Shown here piece by piece: positions 13,573-25,035 of a stretch of 64,000 nucleotides of DNA. Both the position numbers and the translations under genes were made by a program. Below the pieces are notes generated by a model, which saw nothing but the letters and a program-made list of their open reading frames with translations, ran no database searches and was not told the DNA's origin. Numbering within the stretch: position 1 is the first letter of the stretch; the number at the start of each line of letters is the position of its first letter. Source of the DNA: Vicugna vicugna (Eukaryota). Location: the NCBI GenBank assembly GCA_013265495.1, contig MU058658.1, positions 619,059-683,058 of the forward strand. Direction: 5' to 3'.

Positions 13573-14669
13573 CTGAATATTTTCAACTTAGTATTTCAAT
13601 ATTTTTTAACATGGTTGGGTTATTTTAAAGAACTACTTACTGTATATCCTTTTGGTTAATTGAAATTTATGAGAGAAAATGGAAAAAAAGTAAAGCCCCC
13701 ATGATAAGAACTTGACCTAAAATAAAATGTGGGCAACTTAATGTATGTTAGTTTAAAATGACAGAATATTTTAAATTTTCATTTACATTTTTGTTCATTT
13801 GTGAGACATATATTTTACAAATTCTTACCTTTTCTCATTACTGACTCTTCCTGCACATGGCCTGCATCTTTATCAACTTTTGTCTGATTAGTATCACTAC
13901 TGAAGTGATCATCAATAGTTTTCACTTTTATATTCTACATCTTTGTGTATTTCATTATGGTTCAATTTTATTTGTGGTGTATTTCACTTATGTTATTTCA
14001 TTTTTTAGAAATAAAATGACCTATCACCTGTGCCTTATGTGGTTATAATTTTCCCCAAATTACAAAAAAAATAGATATTTGATGTAAGATGGTTGTCTGT
14101 TTTTAGCTTTAGATCTTTTTATTAGATCTCTCTGTGTGGTCAGCATTTAGCTCTGTTTTTTTCAACTAAGTCTCTAACATACTAATACAACAAAATACCT
14201 TATTTTCCCAACTACTTCACATTTTAAATGATTCCATGTTTGTGTTTACAGACATCTTGTATGTCTAATTGAACTAATTGTAGATTTCTATAGCAGTAAA
14301 TTATGCTAAAACAATATACCATGTTCAAGGCAAATTCTCTTCATTGTATGTTTTAAACGTATTCATTTTTATTAACTTAAAAGTACTTTGAAGGTATCAG
14401 AGGAATTTTAGACAGATTGTCACCTGCATGCTATTACATTAGCAAGATACACATTGTGTGAATTGCATTAGTTATGGTATTAGCTTTTCTCTCGGTCTGC
14501 AGCGTGTCTCTGCTGTTAAACTTCATTTAACCGTCTATGATGAGGAGCATTTGCTTTTGCTTTACTATGCCTTACAATTGTCTCATTTCAGTGTTCCTGG
14601 GCAAAATTTTAATTTCCTTTATTTAAGATAATCTTCTTTATCAATTAAAAGAAATAATGCTTATAGACA

Positions 14670-16850
14670 CCAAATCTCCCTTTCAGCACTTTGAATATAT
14701 CATGCCAACTGCTTCTGGCCTGCCAAATGTCTACGGAGAAGTCTGATTTCCTCGTGGGGATTCCTTTGTATATGACTTTGTTTTTCTCCTGCCTCATTTA
14801 GAATGCTCTCTTTAACTTTTGTCATTTTAATTATGATATGTCCTGGGGTAGGTCTACTTAGGTTCATCTTGTTTGGGACCCTGTGTACTTCCTGTACCTG
14901 GATATCTTTCCTTTTTCATGTTAGGTAAGTTTTCAGCCATAATTTGGTCAATACATGTTCAGTCACTTTCTCTTTCTTCTTCTGAAACGCCTATAATTTG
15001 AATGTTCAAATTCTAAATGTTATCTTAGAGGTCTCTTAGGTTGCTTTCATTTTTGAAAAATGTGCTTTGCCTTCTGCTGCTCTGATTGGGTGATTTCTAG
15101 TCTTCTCTCTCCCAGATCACCTGTGCGATCTTCCGTATTACTTATTGTGCTATTCATTACTCCTAGTGTGCTCTTTATTTCTGCTATTGAATTACTTATT
15201 TTTGATTGTGTGTTTTTTATATTTTCTAGTTCTTTGTTAAAATGTTTAATGCTAGGTCAGTTCTCTTTTCTAGTTCAGTTAATATTTTTATTGCCAATGT
15301 TTTTGAATTATTTATCTGGTAAAATGTTTATCTTTATTTTTTATGGATTTTCTCTTGCTCTTTCAACTCAGCATAGTTCCTCTGCCTTTTCATTTTATGT
15401 AACTTCCTCTGTCTCTGAAAAATAGGTGAAACAGTTACGTATTGTGGTCTTGAAAGTGTGTCCTTATGTGAAAGTGTCCCTATGCAGACTGTGTGTACCT
15501 AGTGCTTTTGGAGGGAGGGCTGGATTTGATGTGGCTGCCAGTCAAGTCTTTCCTCAGGGTGTGTGGGCAGCTATTACTTAGTAACCAGGGCAGCTGGAGA
15601 TGGAGGGGCTAGAGCTAGCACCCAGCCTGAGGTGCAACTTCCTCTCTGCTCAGTGGCCATCACCACCTTGTCAGGTGTGTTGTTGGAACAAAAGCCATGG
15701 GGGCTGGACCAGGGCTGGCTCTTTTCCCTTTAAGTGTTTGTTCTTCCCTCTCCCAGACTGAGACCTTTGCCCCAGAAGAGGGGAGTGCTGAAGCAAGTGG
15801 GAGTTCTGTGCACAGAGAAGCCAGGTGGCTGCCTGTATAGGCATCCATGGCTACATGAGGTGCAGCCCAAGGTCAAGTCTGTTCCCCTGTTGTGGCTGTC
15901 CCACGTCAAATGCTGTACTGTTACATGGTATGAGCAAGACAGAGCATTGGCCTGGGTCGGTCAGGGGTGCACTGGACTGGGGCACCTGGCAAGCAGGTCA
16001 TGCTAAACTCAGCAGCTGCTAGAGCAGACCTCTCTCCACCCTGCCTTGGGGACAACACCGCGTGGTCTCTAGCAGGGGATAGTGTCTCCAGCCACCGCCA
16101 CTCCCACCCTTTAGTGATACCACTCCACAGGGGAGGAGCTAGGCCTGGGTGGCTACCCTGCATATACCGTGAAGTGGATGAGCTGTAGCCAAGCAGCTGC
16201 CATCAGAAATCTGGGCTGCGTCTGAGGCACCGGTGGAGGAGGTACCAACAATGCTGCCGAAGTCCTACTCAGGCTCTTGCCCAGGACCGGGTCAGCTCTG
16301 CATCCCAGGGTTGAGAGTTTCCCAGCTCCTGGCTGCCGCAGACACAGTGCCATGCTGCGGCATGCAGTCAGCGCGGCCAGAGCATTGGCTCCGCTCTGGC
16401 TGGGGTGTGTGTGAGAGCTGCTAAAGCACAGCTCTCTTTGCCTGGGCTCAGGGGCAGGCGGGGGCATGTACACTGCTCTCAATCAGATTCCAGGATTCTC
16501 CAGGCTCTCCAGATGTCACTGTGGTTTTCCAACCAGCAAGGAGTCTTCTCTCCACCACACAGACCATAGGGAAGCCGAGTCTGTGGCTTGACCCACTCAT
16601 TCCCAGGATGGGAGTGTTGCCTGGGCAATTTCAGTGTCCTCCAAGTCCCACAGTCCTGACCCAGTCGCTTGTCTTCCCATCCCACTCAATTATGTGTGGA
16701 TCTTTCTTACAGCCTTGGTTGTGCAGGAGTCCTTCTGCCGGATTCCAGTCAGTTTTCAGTGAGAATTGCTCCACATCTAGACGCATATTTGATGTGTTCA
16801 TGGGAAGTGAGTGCCATGTCCTCTTACTCTGCCATCTTGATCTCCTCTCA
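14670..16850 (-). mobile_element. Old LINE-1 5' UTR/ORF1 remnant
   Basis: T-rich ORF1-antisense sequence followed by a GC-rich 5' UTR-like tract ending in ctctgccatcttg. Confidence 0.7.
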
Positions 16851-16949
16851 CCTGGTCCTTAATGAACAAAAGCAACTAAATGAGAAATGAATGTATTTTG
16901 TTCACAGGAACAAAGAAGGCCTCTTCCTTCCTGAGTAAGAGGGACGACG

Positions 16950-17372
16950 ACTGTCTCTCTCTCTGCCTAAGCTAGAGCTGGACTCCTCTGAGCTCTTCCC
17001 CACTGGACCTGAACCCCTGTCCCATCCGTGCAGGACCTGCTTAGCCCAGCTTTATACAGAAACCTGCAATGGCAGCGTAGTAAGAATAACCCCACCCTTG
17101 GTATCTGATCTCTCCAGCTTTTTTCCGGCAAGATTCTTGCTAAGTCAGTTTAGCAAGAACCCTTGCCTACCCTTGATGTTTCCTGTTAGTAATTTTCCAT
17201 CCGCTGACCCCTTTACTCAGCTCCTTGGCTATAGATCCTCAGCTGTCTTTACTGTATTCAAACTTGAACTCAGTCTTTTCCCCCATATTGTAATAGTGTT
17301 GACATCTATCCCAATAGTCCTGAATAAAGCATTCCTTAGCATTTTAACAAGGGTCATAGTATTTTCCTTAAA
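16950..17372 (+). mobile_element. ERV1-type LTR, MER39-like
   Basis: Characteristic ttgctaagtcagtttagcaagaaccc...ccttggctata...gtcctgaataaag segments; boundaries approximate. Confidence 0.6.
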
Positions 17373-17424
17373 AATGTTAAATCCATTTCAGTCAAACCCA
17401 AACATACTTTCTTAGCTTAAAAAA

Positions 17425-17512
17425 ATTATTTAAATGAAGGTACTGGGGATTGAAGCCAGGACCTTGTGAATGCTAAGCATACACCACACCACTGAGCTAT
17501 ACCTACCTCCCC
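17425..17512 (-). mobile_element. Vic-1-type SINE
   Basis: Reverse complement of the SINE head (ggtactggggattgaa...ccactgagctatacc). Confidence 0.8.
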
Positions 17513-18639
17513 AAAAGTGAACATACTTCTGTGGGCATGGACAGAAGATGGGAGGGTCCTTACCCACCTCCCAGAAATGGCACCTACAGGGCCATCTGGG
17601 CACTGAAGGACTTCCATCATACATGTATCCTCTTCAGCCCTCTAAATCCATGGGAAGAATGAATAATATTCCCATTTCAGACCTGAGGAAATGGAAGCCA
17701 AGTGCTAAGAGGGGGATTCCTCAAAGTCACAATCACAGAGGGGGCTCAGACAGAATCCACAGGGAGGTCTCTGGTCTCTGCAGCCCCCTCCCCTGTCTGT
17801 GGTTTTGTCCAAGGGGAACATATGGATGGTGTCAGGGAGGTCTGAGGACTCCCATTTCCTCTTCATGGAACTGGGGGAGGGCACTTAGGGTGTTCAGGTA
17901 GAGCAGGAAACAGAAAGGTCAGGTACGGCACTGGGATTGAAGGGGTTTGAGGTGGTAACAGGTGGGCTGCAGGTGCAATCCAGGCACAGCAAATGGACCG
18001 TTTCTAGGGAGGAAACTGAGGTCTCGAGGGGGTCATACGCTTTTGAACTCCCAGCAATGAACAGGGATTTGAATTTAAATGCCAGGTTGCCTGGTTCAGG
18101 ATACGGGGAGTCTGGTCACTGCACTCCTCTTTCCTGCCCAAACCAGCTTTGGTGACTCAAAGAACCCCCTGTCTATCCACTCTGTCCCTCTACACTGAGA
18201 GCCCTGATCATATCTCCACCTCATGGTCATTGACAGGCCTAACTCTTCACCGGGAACCAACACTGATGGCTTTCCCTTTAATATACCTAATGTACCCAGT
18301 GCTCACAAACTATTATGATTCCCATTTCTGAAAGGAACAGTGTGTAGCTCAGGTTGAAGGACTTCCTCGAGGGCACACAGCTGCCAGGCCACTGACGAGC
18401 GTGGTTCCTCTATGTGGGCCCACTGGCTTCTTTTCTGCCCCTCCCAGTAAGGACTGTATCTGCTTTGTCCAGATCATTAACCAACCAACCAACAGATGCA
18501 GACGGACGTCCGCATCTCCACCAGAGACTCCAACTCCACCTCACATACTGCGCACCTCGTTCCTACAAACACCCTCCCTCTTCTGAAGTTCTTTACACAA
18601 ACAGGTCCAACCAAGGCAGCCCCAACAGGGCCATCCGTT

Positions 18640-19494
18640 GTGGGAGTGCAAACTTGGGTTAACAACTGCAATGATTGCCTTTACCAAATCATATTCTCAC
18701 CTTTATGTAAGCACATAAGAAATGTATAATCAAAACCAGTGCTTTCTATATTTGTCATTATGCGGCTACCTCAAAGCAAAATGTCTAAGCACAGAAGACT
18801 AAACTCTCAGTACCAGCTACCACCTTATCTACGGAACTTAGCTCAGTTGCCTGGAAGCTGCCGAACTAGCAGGATCTGCTACAAACTGTCTCCTCGCCGT
18901 GAAAAGAAGAGACATGCTTTGCTTGCTTTGCCTAGTTTGAGGTCACAGGTTCAGAGCTGCTTGTGCTTATGGAAAACCATAGCTCATCCCCTGCCCTAAC
19001 CGCCAGGACATGCTTCGCTCGTCAGGCGCAGATGCATCGTGTGGGCTGCTCCTGCTCACAGAAGAGGGACTGAGCCCTCAGCTGGAATGGCTGGGCTGCT
19101 TCCCATGCTTACATGACTTCTGATCATTGTATGGAGACTCTGTGGTGGTCTGGTTTTCATTATCAATTGTTTGAAACATTGTAACCTTGCTCATGATTGT
19201 CTAAGGTTTAAAATAAGTTTGTATTACCAATATTGTAAACTAAGTATAAATTAAGATTATGTTTCTGTTTTTCACGAACTGAAACCGCTGACCTGCATCC
19301 CTGCACATACACCATACCCCTTACTCATTCCTATGACGTATTTCACTTTGATTGTTTGACTATACTCAATAAATACAAGAGCTTCGGAGGAGCTTGGGGA
19401 GTTGGTCTCCGGCTTCCTCTCACTGTCTTGCCTTGATAAAGTCTTGAGTAACTTCGTTCTTCTGCGGTGGGACTTTTGCTGGACAAAACTCACA
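18640..19494 (+). mobile_element. ERV LTR
   Basis: Starts TGTGGGAG, AATAAA at ~19368 followed by U5-like sequence ending in CA; interrupts the homology to the gene B 3' flank. Confidence 0.65.
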
Positions 19495-20889
19495 ACTGGT
19501 GACCCCAACTTGCAGTGATGAAAACCCACAACCCATGTCACACCATATGTGACACAGCCCTCCACCGCCAAACGTAGTGATGGGTTTCCAAGGTCCTGGC
19601 CATCTTCATAAACCCACTTCAGGATTTCCCAGATGCCTCACTTCCCAGTTGCCCCCATCACTATTCCAGGAACTGTGAGGGACACTGAAGGAGTAAGAAT
19701 GTCCATTCTGGCCCTCTCCCTACCCAAGGCTCTTCCTCCTAACCTTCTCACTCATCACCCCACCGCTCCTTTGACTCCATAAGAAAAATACAAATCACCA
19801 AACGATAGTTGTTAATTAGCAAAAAAAAAGTGTCATCCTCTTCTTGGAACCCACACTTTAGCAAATTTATTCCAAATGCCAAGGGAGGAATGCAGGCTGA
19901 CACCTCCCACAAAGCCCTTAAAACCCCACTCCAATCCCCCTGTCTCTCAAAGCTGTGCACGTGTTGCCTCCAGGTTGTGCCAAGATTGTTTCCTGAGTCC
20001 CTGATCTGATCCCCATCAGTGCATCATCAAACCCGCAGTGATGTGGGAGTTCATTTCAAGTCAGTCTATACACACCTCACACGTGATCCACAGGGACTGT
20101 GTGATTGTGTGTGTGGCCCACACACATTGTTGGGCATCCTTATCACATGCCTGTCCCACAATCTCCCTGGAGTGTTTGTGCATATGTGTGGCCACATCAC
20201 CTGTGGTAGGTCAGCAATTCACATATTTCTGCAACAGAGGCTCACTTCTGTCACACATCCTTTCAGCAGTGGTACATGTTTGTAGGTCCAGGCTGCACTG
20301 AAGGGTGCTGGCACTCAAAATCTGTCAGTGTCCCAGGCTATGCTGATATACACAAATAATTAGAATACTGTTATGTGTAATAAAATCCTGGAGTTATGAA
20401 AGGGCTCTATTTCAGAAATGCATTCTAAGAAGTTATGCATTCAATGACATGGCAGCTGGGATTGTAAATTAAAAAGCCACTAAGTGCACGATGATACAAT
20501 CCACACAAAAAAAGAACATGAAAATGATAATGATGTAAGACTGGGAAAGATCCATCAGGATTCAAAGAAAGTCGTTCCATTATATACGTATTTGAAAATA
20601 TTCATTACAGAAGTGGATTTTGTTCTTTTATCAATATTTTAATGAGGATCAACTAGAAATGTGAAGAGGAAACTTGGTTTCAGGGGCGTACACAAGTGTC
20701 ACAACACCTAAATGTACGTTTTGTGTGTGCACAACTTGAGTCAACCATACATCTACTAAACTGTTCTAAAAACAAATATGCAAAACCTGTCACTTTATAC
20801 CCACTTTATGACGGCTTATTAGCTATGACCTTAAAACTCTTTGTGGCTATTGTATCTGTATGGTGGAAAAGTAATATAATGGTGGGCCA

Positions 20890-21190
20890 CTGGCAATGCT
20901 TCCCAACTCCCATGTTCAGTGACATGTTGGCAATTAACACTGGCTACGGTGGGAGCATTTACACCAGGGACATTGGCAAATGTCCGGGTTTAATTTACTG
21001 TGTTATTACACATCCAGACTTAAGAGAGAGGGACTATATGTCAGTAATGCAGATTTATCTTAAATACGTATGCCTGTGGCTATTACATTGTGTGTAATAC
21101 AAAAATTGAGGGGAAAAGTGAGAAAATATTCTTCCAGAATTCGATCTCACAATTCCATGCAGAAAAGAAGTCATTCACATTATTGGTGAA
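20890..21190. mobile_element. Old hAT-type DNA transposon remnant (ORSL/Zaphod-like)
   Basis: Motif gttcagtgac...ggtgggagcatttacaccagggacattggcaaatg recalled from this group; boundaries approximate. Confidence 0.4.
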
Positions 21191-22606
21191 TGAGTCAAAC
21201 CCCAACAGACACTGCTTTTACCCTATTCCCCTATTGTCAAAGAAAGGGAAAGTAATCCAAATTCACAGAATTAAAGCAGGCAAAACACAGGAGTACAAAT
21301 TTGACCAAACACGCAGGCGAAAAACAAACACATGAGGAAACACAACTTCAAGGCTTCTGGAAGAAATATAAAGTGGGGTTTTACATTCTCCACGGAAGGG
21401 TCTGCCTGCATTCAATCTCAGCTCTTAAGCTAAGGTTGGTAAAGTGTGGGTTGTGAGGTGGGGAAAGGCAAGTTCCTCCTGAGTAACCACCATTATCTGG
21501 CGATTTACATTTTTCTGGTAGGGTGGAAGGAGGAGCGGGCGATGGGTAATGGGGTTAAGAAGAGCCTTGGGGGCTGAGGGCCACAGGGGACATCCTTATA
21601 CCTTCAGTGTCCCTCACAGAACTCAGCAGTGTGACCAGGTCAACTGAGAACCAGGGGAACAGGGCATGCGGCAGCGGGTGTAGGAAGAGGACTGAGAGGA
21701 TCTTGGAAATCACTACATACAATCCGGGAGGCCAGTGTCACATCTAAGGTAACATGATCACCCTGTCTTGGGTGCCTCAGCTGGTGCTGTTGTCCCTGTG
21801 AAGAACTTCAGAAGAGGATGTTTGCAGGAAGATGTGCACTGAGGGAGCTGGAGGGGCACCACGGGTATGGGTAGTTAGCAGTACACAGCAGATGCATCTG
21901 GGCAGATGGGAACCTGGGAGTCCCTGGTGGAAGGGGCAGTTAAGAAGGCAGTAGAACCCTGTCATCAAAGGCCTGGGAGCTGTGCTCCCTCATGCAAGTA
22001 CCTCAAACACCTGGAGCTACAGACCCCTCCTTTCAGAAATGGGAGTAATAGATTCTGAGCACTGGGTACACTGGGTAGATTATTCACAGGAAAGTCATCA
22101 AAGTTGGTTCCCAGTGGAAGTACTCCTGTCAATGAGCGTGGGACAGGGGTATGAGTGGGGCTCTCACGGTGAGGGCCAGACGGTGTGAGGAAGGACAAGG
22201 GGTTCTTTGAGTCCCAAAAGTAGGCTGGGAGGGAAGGAGGAGTGCAGTGACCAGACTTCCCAAGCCCTTAGCCAAGCAACCTGGCATTGAATCACAAGTC
22301 CCTACCCATTGCTGGGAGTTCAAAAGCAGACGACACACCCTCTCTGGGCTTCACTGTCCATTTGCTGCACTGTGCCTGCACCTGCCCCCTCCCTCCTGTT
22401 ACTACCTCAGACCCCTCCAACCCCAGTGCTGTCCTCATTCACTGCATTCACAAGGCCCCTTCTAAAGTGTGAATGCTCTGATGTTAAATCCAGTGGCTCC
22501 TTTGGATAAAGAATTTATCAAATTCCTTACACTCATAAGGCTATTCTCCACTGTGGATATTCCTCTGGGTACTGAGCTGATGGTTTCGCTAAAGGATTCA
22601 ATGCAC

Positions 22607-24261
22607 TCATAAGGCCCTTGCTCTAGCGTGAACTCTCTGATGATAATGGAGGCCAGATCTATCAGTAAAGGACTTCCCACATTCACTGCACTTGTACGGC
22701 CTTTCTCCACTGTGAAGTCTCTGATGGTAACGGAGGCCACATCTACTGATAAAAGATTTGCCACATTCACTGCAATCATAAGGCCTTTCTCCATCGTGAA
22801 CTCTCTGATGGTAATGGAGGCCAGATCTATCAGTGAAAGATTTCCCACATTCACTACAGTCAAAAGGTCTTTCTCCACTGTGAAGTCTCTGATGATAACG
22901 AACACCAGACATAGCAGTGAAAGATTTCCCACACTCACTGCATTTAAATGGCCTTTCTCCAGTGTGAACTCTCTGATGGTAATGGAGGCTAGACCTATCA
23001 GTAAAGGATTTCCCGCATTCACTGCACTTATAAGGCCTTTCTCCACTGTGAAGTCTCCGATGGTAATGGAGGCCGTATCTACCAGTAAAAGACTTCCCAC
23101 ATTCATTGCACTCATAAGGCCTTTCTCCAGTGTGAACTCCCTGATGTTGAATGAAGTGGCACCTTTGAGAAAAAGATTTACCACATTCCTTGCACTCATA
23201 ACGCTTTTTTCTAGTATGGATTTCCTTATGGACACTGAGCTGGTGCCTTTGGCTAAAGGATTTCCCACATTCACTGCACTGATAAGGCCTTTCTCCACTG
23301 TGAATCCTCAGATGATAACGAAGGCCAGACCTCCAAGTGTAAGATTTCCCACAATCACTGCACTTGTAAGGCTTTTCTCTACTGTGAACTCTTTGATGTG
23401 TAAGGAAACCAGAATAGTAGGTAAATATTTTCCCACATTCACTGCATTTATAAGGCCTTTCTCCAGTGTGAACTCTCTGATGCTGAATGAGGTTGCACCT
23501 TTGAGAAAAAGATTTATCACATTCCTTGCACTCATAAGGCTTTTCTCCAGTGTGCGTCTTCCTGGTGGTACTGAGGTGGTGGCTTCGGATAAAGCATTTC
23601 CCACATTTGCTGCACTTGTGAGGCCTTTGTCCAATGTGAACTTTCTGGTGCTGAGTAACTGTACACCTTTGGGTGCAGGCCTTCCCACATGTGCTGCACT
23701 CACAAAACCCATCACTACTGAGGACTCTCTCATCCTCAGCAAGTATGTCTCTGTGGTGGGAGGCCTTCTGGCATTCACTCCAGCTGGGATGACTTTTTCC
23801 ACTGTGAAAAACAGCTCCACGTTCACTACTGTTGTTTAGTTTCTTCCTGCAATTAGTGGCCTGTTGCTGAAGACCAATGCTGGCCAGAAAGGTCTTCCCA
23901 ATCTCCCTGCAGGTAAATGGATCCTCTGACACATGAACTGTGCAGCTCTTCAAAAATGAGGGTCCCCCCACATCACACCTGAAGAGTTTCTCTCTAACCA
24001 GCTGCCTCTGGGGCTGTTGAAGGTTTGCAGTGAAACAGAACTGCTTCCCACATGCTCCACACATGTATGCTTTCTGCCCGCTATGTGTTCCCTGGTGTTC
24101 AGCCAAGTGCAGGATGTCTCTCAGAACTGGGACACACATCTTACAGGACTGGGCCTTCTCAGGAGACACACCTGCCCTGGAAGTCCTGATCTGTGACACT
24201 CCTTCTACAGATACTCTCCGTTTAGAAGGTACCTCTTCATCCTCAACTCCATGCCAAGAAC
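22607..24261 (-). CDS. KRAB-ZNF gene B, zinc-finger exon; CDS join(35546-35514,34398-34272,24261-22607) = 604 aa, 13 finger units (12 with all C2H2 ligands)
   Basis: 571-aa ORF with tandem C2H2 fingers and TGERP-type linkers; tttctag|GT acceptor in phase 1 giving [10 protein letters not shown]; spliced length 1815 nt. Confidence 0.95.
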
Positions 24262-24917
24262 CTAGAAACAAAAATATTATAATGTAAGTGTTGACTACAT
24301 TGGGCGGGAATGACTTGACCACAAATGTACCTCTGACACATGAAAGAACCAGTCCACAGGATTGTGTTCAGGAAATCCTGGAATCAAACTGAAGAAGCAG
24401 GTGCTCTGCATTACTGGACCTTAAGGTCACAAAATTGAGGAGGCCTCACCACAGGACACAAGGACTGGATGTGGCCCAAGAGTGAAAGGCACGATCTATA
24501 ATTCACTCCTGTCAATGGCTTCTACAAGGACCACATCTGCTGGTGACCTGCAAATACTGTGCAGAAATGTATGTCATAGCCCCAGAAAATCTGCCTGGAA
24601 CAGGTAGCTGGTGTTCAATGAATATTATAGGCTACGTTTGTGTTTCAGGTCATAAACAAAGCCAGAAAGTACTATGGTGAAAACACTGCAAAGAACACGT
24701 GAGATAAGTGGTCCAGAGAGGCGACAGGGAATTAATTCCAGGCTGGAGTCAGAAGAAGAATGAGAAGTAGCAGAAATGACAATTCTAAATGAGAAAGGAT
24801 GACAGAAGTCATCTGTGGCCAGTGGCAATGGCACTAAAACAGCAGTCAGACAAGACAGGTTCCTAGTATGACTTCAGCAGAGACCTGACATCAAGCCCCT
24901 TCCCAGCTGCCATTCAT

Positions 24918-25035
24918 CTTGGCCAGGCTACCTGTGAGCTCTTTTTGCTGAAACAACGGTCATGTCCATCCCAGGAGCACCAAGGACTCTCCACCTCCAG
25001 CTGAACGACTACATGGGACACAAAGGATACAAGTC
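24918..25035 (-). pseudogene. Degenerate KRAB-B-like exon in intron 2 of gene B
   Basis: Intact acceptor (ctgactttcctttag|GA) reading GLVSFVSHVVVQLE; expected donor position reads ATGAAT; in-frame stop follows. Confidence 0.65.

Noticed and set aside
15430..16850. Cluster of short GC-rich ORFs as a possible gene
   Set aside because: Lies in an old L1 5' UTR remnant contiguous with L1 ORF1-like sequence; no coherent exon structure
22613..23700. Regular 84-bp repeats resembling a CRISPR-like or satellite array
   Set aside because: They are coding zinc-finger repeats in a eukaryotic gene
22628..23839. 403-aa plus-strand ORF and 278/172-aa alternative-frame ORFs over the gene B finger exon
   Set aside because: Shadow ORFs produced by the 84-bp periodic codon pattern of C2H2 arrays; no independent promoter or splice support
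24262..24322. N-terminal extensions of the 571-aa and 594-aa ORFs as real start sites
   Set aside because: They run through the intron's polypyrimidine tract; the spliced KRAB exon supplies the N-terminus in the correct phase
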